NCBI GenBank assembly: GCA_951406725.2
Contig: OX597826.1
Coordinates: forward strand, 77,872,001 to 77,936,000
From: Octopus vulgaris
Lineage: Eukaryota
Direction: 5' to 3'
Length of the DNA: 64,000 bases
Part shown: one piece after another, positions 53,931 to 64,000 of the stretch
How the letters are laid out: every line of letters starts with the position of its first letter
Position numbering within the stretch: the first letter of the stretch is position 1
Made by a program: the position numbers and the translations under genes
Notes under the pieces: model-generated
What the model was told of the DNA's origin: nothing
Database searches by the model: none
Seen by the model: only the letters and a program-made list of their open reading frames with translations

Positions 53931-54502
53931 AGCATTGGTGAATGCGATTTTCCCGTTATATGAGGGGGAAATATCCTTTTATACCAACATGTCAGTCAAT
54001 TGGGAATCACAATGTATAAATATGTTATATACATCCATATAAGGGTTATGTATGTGTGTGCATGTTAGTGTGTGTGTGTGTGTGTGCTTGTGCGTGTGTG
54101 TGTATATGTGTGCATGCATGAGTGTGTATTTGTGTAGAGAGTAGAGAGAGTTTAAAGAGAGAAAAGTGACAAATATATCATACATGTTTATTGAATAGAT
54201 GCACCTTTATACGCATGCATGCACACACATATACATATCGACACACGCATACACACACATGCATGTATGCATGTATGTAAATACATAATTATGCAATATG
54301 TATTATATATTCTATACAAACACACATGCATACAATGACGTATTTATGTATATGTATATATATGCATATATGCATATATATATGTATACACACATGTATA
54401 TACATATAAAATATTATCTACATATTACACACATATATAGATACATGCATATATATACATACATATATATACATACTTACATATATACACACACGCGTGC
54501 AT

Positions 54503-54550
<48 letters not shown>

Positions 54551-54682
54551 ATGTATTTGTATATGTATATGTATGTGTGTGTATGACTGCGTGGGTGTGT
54601 TCGTGTGTGCTTGTGCGAGTTTTTTTTCTGTGTGTGCATGTGTGTTGGGGATTTGCATATGTGTGTGTCTGTATGTGTGTGT

Positions 54683-54713
<31 letters not shown>

Positions 54714-55017
54714 AGTATGTGTGTGTGTGCACATTTGTAATCAACAGCCAGTCTCACTGACGTCAGCTGGAGCTGTTGCAACTATTTTCGACGATAAGAG
54801 CATTTGTGTTGCATGCCATTATACAGCATTGGATATGATTTTATCAGTAACAGCCAATGTGTTTATGGCTAACTCTACACATGTATCAATCAATGTATGT
54901 ATGTATGTATGTATGTATGTATGTATGTATGTATGTATCATGAATATATATATGTAAATGGAAGTGTGTATAATATGTGTGCACATGCGAAAGTACATAC
55001 ATTAACACTTACATATA

Positions 55018-55069
<52 letters not shown>

Positions 55070-55387
55070 ATGTATATTTATATATACACTCAGATATGCA
55101 TCTGTATATATATAGGTATGCGTATATGCATATATACACATGTATACAATCAAAGCATAAAAATATGATCATAAAAATACAACTGTACTTGTATATGTAG
55201 GTGTGACTGAAGAAATATGTGTACTTGTCATATATATATATATACCCGTCCGTATATATGTGTACATGTAAGTATACGCACACACACACATACATATATA
55301 TATGTATATATATATGTAGATATATATATGTACACATACATATATATACATATATATACATATATGTATGTATATATGTATGTATAT

Positions 55388-55473
<86 letters not shown>

Positions 55474-56448
55474 ATATATATATATGTTGGTAGGTAGAGA
55501 GATGGAAAGAGAACTGGAGATAATGGGGAGGGAAAATTAATAGGAATATATGAAAAAACTAAAGGCAGTAAAGAAGGAAGGTACATGTGCGTATAGGAAA
55601 ATATATGTGTATACTTTTAAACACACGTATAGAGGTTGACGCACGTGCTTAAACACACAAACACACACACACACACACACACTCAGATAGGCTGAGTATA
55701 CGGTTTAAGATTCTTGAGTGTGTATATTCTATGTGTCTCTGGGTTTTGTTGCGTATGCATAGAGATATATTAGGTGTTACACCCCACCACACGCACACAC
55801 ACACAGACATATATATGTGAATATATACATATATACATATAAACATATATGTGTACACGTATACATGCGTGTGTGTGTATGTATATGTCGATATATATAT
55901 ATGTATATATATGTATATATATATTTATATATAAATCTGTTTTTGTGTGTGTGTGTGTCTTGTATGCATTTGTGTATGTAAGTCAGTGTGTAAGTATTTT
56001 TTACACATTAAATACTATTACCGACACACTGGAAACTACTCTCTCCCACATGTGTGTATACGCATGTGTATGCATTTATCGCAAGTGATCTATCTGCAAG
56101 AAAACAATACTGTTTAGCCGCCATATTGTCTTTCTCTTTACCGTGTTATTGTTTCTCAATCAAAACCAGCTTCTTCTTAGACAAGGTATAAATAACGTTA
56201 ACAAAGCTCTTTTGATATATTTATTTCTCTGTTTATTCTTCTTGATGTTGTAGTCATCATTTTATAGCATTGTCATTGTTGTTGTTTTTAGGTTTTGTTG
56301 TTTTGTTGTTTTTTGAGAGGTTTCTTTTTTTTTTTGTTGGCTCTTATTGCAACTAGGTTCAACGGAACCACAGCACGGATCTCTGTGCTGTATCACGTGC
56401 ATACGATAGATTCGTCTAGAAAAGCCAATGAAGACTTTTTTCTATACA

Positions 56449-56650
56449 GGAAATAACGTGGAGCCTTTATTCAAACGAATAAGGCTACGCCTTCTGTAAA
56501 TAGCAGTCGAAACCTCCCTAAATCTTAGCCTTCAGACTTCACAAAATGACACAGAAGAAATTAGATATCTAGACATATTATGATGGAAAAGTATAAAAAA
56601 AAAAGTGGGGATTCATCACAGGTGTTGTGCATCTGAAATGAGTCTGGAAA
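56449..56650 (+). mobile_element. Family C repeat, degenerate
   Basis: aacgtggagcc...aaatagcagtcgaaacctccctaaatc. Confidence 0.4.
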
Positions 56651-57459
56651 AAACTACTTCGGGTCTTTCAGCTAACTTAAGGAGCATCTACACCGTTACT
56701 TGCTCCGTTAGAAAAAAATAATAAAACTCACCCTCATCCTCTCTCTATTTCTCTCTCTCTCTTTTTCTCTCTCTCCCTCTTTCTCTCTCTTTCTCTTTCA
56801 AATCACATTGAAGAAGGTGGATGTAGATACATTTGCAAAAAGACTCAAAGAAATGTAAGTTGAACGAACGGCGAAGAAACATTCACGTTGGATGGCCACA
56901 TCAAAGTTACGTTGCATCTGATAAGACTGCATCCGAGAAAGAACTGCTAAACCAATTATTTTGTAAAAGATAATTTTTCATAGAAATTTTTGTGAGACGC
57001 AAAACTAACGGAGTTTCGGCAAATGGAAACCCCACCATTACATTTTCACGAAAACGTCTTCAGATTTCTGTTTTCAACAGAATTGCAATTACTTTAAACA
57101 AATAATTAGAAGCATGCATAAAAATTAATAGTTGATATTTCTAACATTCGCATCTAATTGAAAAGATACTCTTTAAATAAAATAAAAAATCATATTAAAT
57201 TACAATGATTTGCTCTCAAACTGTGTTCGACTTTCGGAAAATTATATTTAACATTTTAGGAAGCTGTATGCGGCATTAATATGTTTCCACAACATCTGAT
57301 GAGAAGCCGTCTGTTAAATGTCTGCTCGATAATCACTGTGTGGGGCTTAATAACAACCCCTAATACAAACGTGTTCCCTGTAAAATTAAGTTATAAATAG
57401 TAATTAGAAAGTTTTGTCTGAGTCGATCAAAATCAGAGCAGATGTGAACCACTAAAATA

Positions 57460-57670
57460 TAGTTGTTGATCTTATGTAGTCTCAGCTCAGCTCTGATAAT
57501 TCAGACTCATATGAAAGGCTTTCCAAATTTGACGTTCCTGTCTTTTTAGTGCGTGAATTTAATGTGTTCTTTCGTTATGTGAGAAGCAGAAGGTGTGGTT
57601 TGAGAGATGTTTTGGCTTTTATTCCAACGATTCAAATGACCACACAGAGCATCCTCTAAGGATTCGTCGG
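57460..57670 (-). mobile_element. Family C repeat, degenerate
   Basis: gttgttg...cagctctgat...ggctttcca...tcctgtcttttt...ggtgtggtttgagagatgttttggct...gaccacacagagc. Confidence 0.55.
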
Positions 57671-57867
57671 GATAGAGTTTTTGTTGTTGTTTGATCCAAG
57701 TCAGTTTTGCTGGATCAGATCCACGAGGAAAGACGCAGGATTATATTGTTCAAGGTACTCTTTTATTAAAGACGGAAGAGTATGGATGAGGAAGCCACCA
57801 GGAAGCCACCAGACGCCAGTGACGATTAGAGACCGTCAGCATTTGGATGTTGCTTTACGTAAGATAG

Positions 57868-58056
57868 CTTTTATCTTTCACTGGTCCCAGCCATTTGACT
57901 GCAGCTATGCTGGGACACCGCCTTGTAGTGTTTATTCTATCGGTCCCTTTTGCTGAACTGCTACTTTATGGGAACGTAACCACACCAACACGGGTTGTCA
58001 AGCGGTTATGGTAGACAAACACAGACACATAGACATACATAAACACAAGACAGACA

Positions 58057-58092
<36 letters not shown>

Positions 58093-58251
58093 CGATGAGC
58101 TTCTTTCAGTTTCCGTCTACAAAATCCACTCGCAAGGCTTTGATCCGAAGTTATAGTAGAGGACACTTGCCCAAGATCCCACGCAGTGGGACTGAACCCG
58201 GAACCATGTGGTTGGGAAGCAAGCTTCTTACCCCACAGCACCGTCAGCGCC
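57868..58251 (-). mobile_element. SINE family B, full length
   Basis: Both halves present with an internal (CA)n tract. Confidence 0.9.
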
Positions 58252-58469
58252 TATATCTCTGGCATTCTAGCATAAGTATATTATTCTCTCATAATTCAAA
58301 TATATGCCTGTATTCAGTAAGAACTGACGCTGTGCAGGCATCTATTTGTTAACATACATGTTACAATATGGAATATAGTAAGTGATTAAGCAGAAAAAAA
58401 CCATGAAAGATGTTAAAAGCGACGTCTTTTAGTGTCATTACAAGCTTGAGCACTTATTTCATTTCTATG

Positions 58470-59420
58470 CCCCATTATCAGGTCTTCATTTGAAATGAAT
58501 CATATATATATGTGTTCATTATTATTTTCGTGTAACCAGGCAAGCCCTGATGCTGTCCATAGAGTGCAGATTTTGCTACAGTCCATTGATCAAAGTTTGA
58601 TGGATTTAGATCCAACGGGCAAGGTAGACCTGTTTGATGTGTGGGTAGTAACCCCGTCCTATAATAATCATCAATCATTGATTACTGTAGGTATTGGATT
58701 GATGAAGAGTGGAACAATCACGGATAATTTTATTCGTTGTTTTTTTTTGTGTTTGTAAAGAAAGTCGATTAAAAAATGTGATGTCTGGAATTCGCAATTC
58801 GGTCTCCAACTTTTTGATCATGTAAGGTTGTTTCGAGATCAAATAACCACACGCTAATCTAAGAGATGGCACCATGATTCGTCTGTAAAGAAAGTGACCC
58901 CCAACACAATAGCAGTATCTTCTTCGATAAATCCGTTAAACACCGTTGTTTTAAATAATGGTTTCTTTTCATGATCAGTTGATTTTAGTCCTCCTATCAT
59001 CATTATTTTGTATGGGAAGAAATGAAATTCCGTTCCGATGGCCACATGAACGATTACAAGATCAATATGACCACATGACCGATTACAAGATCAATATCTT
59101 GCTGTTGTTGCTGTTGCCCTAACTTTCCTATTGATTTTGTTGGAGCATGAAGTTAGAAATGTCCACCGACTTTCGCTCGGTTAGCTTTGACGATCTTCCA
59201 AAACGTTCACCGTCTTCTAGTGATGGACCCCTTTTCACAGAATTTTGCGACGTGGAACAATTGTAGGGAGAAATTTATCAGCAGACTACTGTCAAACTAA
59301 ATCTGTTTGGCGACGACTTCTCGAAACACGAATTCGACCAGAAAAATGCATCCTCGATTATCGAAACTATGTCTTCGCCGTAAGCAAATCTGAAATACAA
59401 ATAAACAGCGATTCTAAAAG
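58470..59420 (-). mobile_element. Decayed Tc1/mariner-superfamily transposase remnant
   Basis: Minus strand ERFGRSSKLT, FPYKI...LKSTDHEK, FFTDESWCHL (first catalytic D) and PLDLNPSNFDQWTVAKSALY (SPDLNPxDFFLWGxLKxxVY motif). Confidence 0.75.
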
Positions 59421-60108
59421 TGCACACGAACTGAGATATGAATTCCGCTTATAAAACTGAAATACAAATGGATTCCGATTGTAAAAGTGCGCAGCCATTT
59501 ACGAATAAATTTTCTTAATAAAAATTGAAATTAAAATACATTTTGATTATAAAAATAAGCAGCGTCTTTACGATCAGTTTGTAAATACAAGCATCAACAG
59601 TTCAAACAGCACATTCAACATATATAAAATCTGTGTCTCTTGTATAGACAGATTCGTATGATGATGATGATGATGATGATGGTGGTGGTGATGGTGATGA
59701 TGATGATGATGATAATGATGATGATGGTAAACATTGTTATGTGTTTGAAATTTTGCTTCTAATTGGATTACTTTTTAGTTTTCCACACATCGCTAAAAGT
59801 AAACAACAATGGCATTTAATCCGGTTTGAAGCTATAAGTCGTCCAATCTCAATATGGATTGTTATATGAAGGCTTTGACTCCACCCCTATCTCTTTAAAC
59901 TTCCCTCATTCGTGTACACGGACGACTATTGCAATTAGATTTCTACCCAATTAAATAAAAATACAATTATAGAAATAGTAATACAGATCCACTCCCATCC
60001 CCGTAATACATGCTCCAGCTCTAAATAGAGTAACTATGTTGCTTGTTCCATCTCGAGGCACGCCTGGCTCATAAGGGCCGGTTTCCTGGTTTCATTGGTG
60101 TATAGGTA

Positions 60109-60504
60109 TTGGTCAGTCAAAGACGAGTTCAGCATGACATTGCCTCAACACACACTACCAATGTGACCATTTACAATCTGGAGGAGTTTGAGGCCCTGAA
60201 AGGGTTGGGTCACTCTGCCTACAATCCAGACGTAGCTCCGTCAGATTACCACCTTTTCCAATTCATGGTTCATTTCTTGCACCGAAGGTTCAGCAACGTG
60301 AATGAAATTGAAAACGGGTGTGAGGTGTATATTCCCTCTAAACCAGCCAATTAATATAAAAGTGGAACTGATCTTCTGGTACAACGTTGGCAACAGACAA
60401 TAGAATATGATAGGATATATATTATGAGAAGTAAACGCTTCTCGTATGTAATTTGTTTAAACAATTAGAGCTTGAAATACGAAAACTCCTTTGACTCAAC
60501 CTGG
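60109..60504 (+). mobile_element. Mariner 3' fragment (catalytic C-terminus plus right TIR)
   Basis: QHDIASTH (HDNARPH motif), HSAYNPDVAPSDYHLF (YSPDLAPSDY), LVQRWQQTIE; TIR-like cgaaaactcctttgactcaacctgg followed by TA. Confidence 0.88.
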
Positions 60505-60563
60505 TAAACTCCTAATATATAGGTGACAATAGCAAATAAATACAACAATAAAACGCCACCCTA

Positions 60564-60616
<53 letters not shown>

Positions 60617-60959
60617 TCTCTCTCACACACACACATCTCTATTTATGGAAGACTCTACACTTCTCTAACCCTCCGATCGTTATATAAATACGACTCTATC
60701 CGTTAATGCTATTATAGAGAGGATTATAGCAGCTATATTTCGACACCCCGTTCTAAATAAAGATGAAAATAACAATTTATCTCCAAATGTCTTGTGATGT
60801 AAGCTATGAATAAGTAAATATAGAAAGAAAACCTGCGTATTCACGCTAAAAGGAAATTCATCAGAATTGGCGGGTGACAGAATCAGTGATGCGGTGGACT
60901 GAAGAACTACCACGGTGCACTTCAGTTGGCCGATTATAATATTGTCCAGCAAAATACCC

Positions 60960-61070
60960 AACGGGTTAACTTTGCCTTCCAGTATTCTAGGATCGATAAA
61001 ATAAAGGACTAGTCAAGTAGTGGGGTGGATTTCATCGATTAAACCCCTCCTCTCAGATTTCAGACCTTCA
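60960..61070 (+). mobile_element. SINE family A core, degenerate
   Basis: ggttaactttgccttccagtattctaggatcgataaaataaagg. Confidence 0.55.
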
Positions 61071-62019
61071 GCTATGCATATAAGTATATTAATATATATA
61101 CTCCTCTTCAGCTATGCATATAAGTATATTTATATATATAAGTATGATTGTTACTACACTTCATATTTGCAAATAGGCGAAAGATCTAACAGAGAAAATC
61201 AAGACGTATTTTCTTAAAGTACTTTGTGATGGTTGCTCTGTATCACACTCTATTCGCTCCCGGAGTAGTAAATGACTTCGTGGAAATCTGTACCTAACGA
61301 CACTCCTGTTCACTAACGAGGATATGAAATAAACCAGAAAAATTAAATTTCATTCGGCAAGTGCCGTAAATATAAGTGCTTAATAGGGATTGAGTCGTCT
61401 GATGATGATCGGAGATGAAACGGCTGAAAGCGAAGTGAAAATGTAAATATTAACAAAACAAGAATTTCGTTCAATAAAGGCAAGGTAAATAGTTCCGTAT
61501 TATGAAGAACAAATAATCTCAGACATTTAGGTCTTTCATATGAACTTAAGACAATATAAAAGATGTCTTTTAAGCTTACAAATGGTTAACCACATTTACA
61601 CATTAATGAACACTCGCTTATAAGTTCTCTTCACACCATTCGCAGCGGGAGGGCTTCAAATCTAATAATATATAACCAAGTCTATTTCTCTATTTGACAA
61701 AAAGATATATTACAATGTTTGGCTATGAAACATCGGATATTTTGATTGGTGTTGTATTTTTTATAACGAAAAACACGGCTTCGGTACACTAAGACATTTA
61801 CTGAGTTCATTATGAGAGTTTTTGTCCTCTCTGCCCCACGAAACAAACGATTATTATAATTGAAGTTAGATTTTAGGTAACGCGACGAATTGACGGGCTT
61901 TTGGATAAATTTCTTAGCAACATTCATTCTGGTTCTGTGTGCGTTGAGTTCAAATGCTATCGTGGTCAACAGCAACTTCATTTTCAACACTCAGAAGTTA
62001 ATAAGTAAGGCCCTACACA

Positions 62020-62620
62020 AATACTGCCATTGGTTCTTATTTTAGCGTCATTTTGGTGTAAGCTTCGTTGCAGTGTTAGAAGGGTCGCGGAAGATTAACC
62101 GTAGTGTCCTTTCTCGTGAAACGGACAAGGTTTGAACGATAAACAAGCAAACTGTTGTCGTAGAAAAAAAAAAAAAAGAAATTGGTGTGCTATTGGAACC
62201 GTCCAGCAATTTATCGATGTGCAATACAGTACGGAAGGATAAAAACAAGATAAAGAAAAGATATTTCCACTGAGATGACTGCTAGACAGAAGTCGACATC
62301 GTCACCAAAGTGTTTCTTCCCAAATTCTGTGGAACCTGTTTATGGTCGGCATTTCTTGCTATTTGTCCTTGGGTTTTCGCACCACCCTCGTTTTTGAAGA
62401 TCATATATAATGCTAAATGCTCTCTCATTTTCAACGAAAAGCACAACACTTAAAATGCCTGTCAAGGCTGACACCAATTCAAGCACGGATGGGATTAGAA
62501 CACTCGTTGTAAATTTCATGAGAGAGTGCTACCTCTGTAATTACTTGGAAAATTCTGGCCCCGATCAGGTTTATAATTTCTTGAGAGAATGTTTTATAAT
62601 GGAGTGTTTTGCTGTCGGAC
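62020..62620 (-). mobile_element. Decayed RTE-clade RT fragment
   Basis: Minus strand FPSNYRGSTL...IYNECSNPIRA (NYRGITL...KIYN.LL.NRIR motif), followed by weak matches to later RT motifs. Confidence 0.4.
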
Positions 62621-63233
62621 TAGCAAAAGCCAGTTTATTTTTATCCGTAGTTGCACGCGAAAAGATACGCGCATGCGTATTAATGCTGTTGTTGTTGTCA
62701 ATAGGATTTCGATTTAGTCGAGTTAAAATGACGAGGTTTTCTTTCTTTTCGAGCCTTTTGTGAATATCTGATGTTGTAATTGTATTAGCATCTTGTTTTC
62801 TGTTTGTTTTCTGCTTGTGGAATGTAATATTTTCTTTAAATATATAGCAGAAACCATATCTTTTCTTTAATCAAACACTCTAAAAGAAAGCTCTGAGCTG
62901 CTTGAAGTTATTTGTAGGTGAGTAATTTTGGCTTTAAAAAAACCCTTTCATCTAAAAAAATCTTTCGCTTCGAAGAAAGATTTGCAAAAATATTTCTACT
63001 TCATCAGCATTGAATACTGATGCAGATGCTGGTGATGGTCATGTTGGTCCTGATGGTGACTATGATGATCATGATGGTAGAAATATACCCTTAGCTCAGT
63101 TTCTTTTGTATCTTGCTTTACTAACACTGATCCCTTTGTTGGTTAAAATAAAGAAAACAGAGGAAGGATATCCACTGGGAAACATAGGGCAAAAAGGAAC
63201 CGTCCCCAGTTTATGGACAACATACAGCTTTAA

Positions 63234-63630
63234 GGCGGCGAGCTGGCAGAAACATTAGCACACCGGACGAAATGCTTAGCGGTATTTCGTCTGCCGTTAA
63301 GTTCTGAGTTCAAACTCTGCCGAAATCGACTTTGCCTTTCATCCTTTCGGGGTCGATTAAATAAGTACCAGTTACGCACTGGGGTTGATGTAATCGACTT
63401 AATCCGTTTGTCTGTCTTTGTTTGTTCTCTCTGTGTTTAGCCCCTTGTTGGTAGTAAAGAAATTGGAATTTAGTCTGTCTTTACGTTCTGAGTTCAAATT
63501 CCGCCGAGATTGACTTTACCATTCATCCTTTCGGGGTCGATAAATTAAATACCAGTTGTGCACTGGGGTCGGTCTAATCGACTGGCCTCCTTCCCCAAAA
63601 TTTCGGGCCTTGTGCCTAAAGTAGAAAAAA
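63234..63630 (+). mobile_element. SINE family A, dimeric reference copy
   Basis: tRNA-like head (gagctggcagaaac..., gagttcaaactc) and core gactttgcctttcatcctttcggggtcgat.aa.taagtaccag twice, each followed by a different tail. Confidence 0.93.
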
Positions 63631-64000
63631 AAAAGAAAAATATATCTTTACAGCAAAGACAAGAATTAAATGGATTCCTTATTTGAAGCCGTCAATATAT
63701 TTCGTCGTGACATTGAGATCACGTTTGGAATCACGAAATGAGTTAGGATGGAGATGAAGCAAGCAAAACGAAAATCATAAAAAGTACTGGAATAGAGGAT
63801 GTATATAATGATGGCAAATATGAAATTCTTAAATGTAGGAGACGTATATATGAATCTTGGATTACTGGAAACGGATTAAAACAATCAAAAGTATAGAAGT
63901 TAGAGAAATACTCAGGAAAGATTATTTTCATGGAATGAAGATTTAAAATCCGAAATTGAATGCGACTCGTAAATAGAGATTCTATTCTAAGAGTGACACT

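Noticed and set aside
56370-56391. Hairpin acagcacgg-atct-ctgtgctgt
   Set aside because: Isolated 9-bp stem, expected by chance in 64 kb; no Helitron or terminator context.
62410-62763. 117-aa complex ORF on the + strand
   Set aside because: No recognisable domain; the opposite strand carries RT motifs (NYRG.TL), so it is probably an antisense shadow of a LINE.

Overview
Eukaryotic, AT-rich non-coding DNA, most likely an intron or intergenic stretch of an octopus (coleoid cephalopod) genome. That assignment is inferred from the extreme density of (TA)n/(CA)n/(GA)n/(TATC)n/(TATG)n/(AAT)n microsatellites and from recurrent SINEs that resemble octopus families; it was not checked by a search. 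No intact host gene can be supported, and nearly all ORFs in the track are translations of microsatellites. The non-simple sequence is mostly mobile-element remains: two abundant tRNA-headed SINE families (here A and B), a ~250-bp family without an obvious tRNA head (C), six decayed Tc1/mariner elements, a non-autonomous Helitron, RTE- and L1/Tx1-type LINE fragments, two R4/Dong-type 3' ends each sitting in a different microsatellite, a Penelope-like inverted pair around (TA)n, and a 32x19-bp minisatellite. Best leads: (i) the family C head resembles an HDV-like ribozyme fold and occurs as a head-to-tail trimer; (ii) several retroelements each appear tied to a particular microsatellite motif; (iii) minimal hammerhead-like motifs; (iv) a minisatellite with a 171-bp higher-order period and ETS/TEAD-like motifs. 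All alignments and translations were done by eye and boundaries are approximate.
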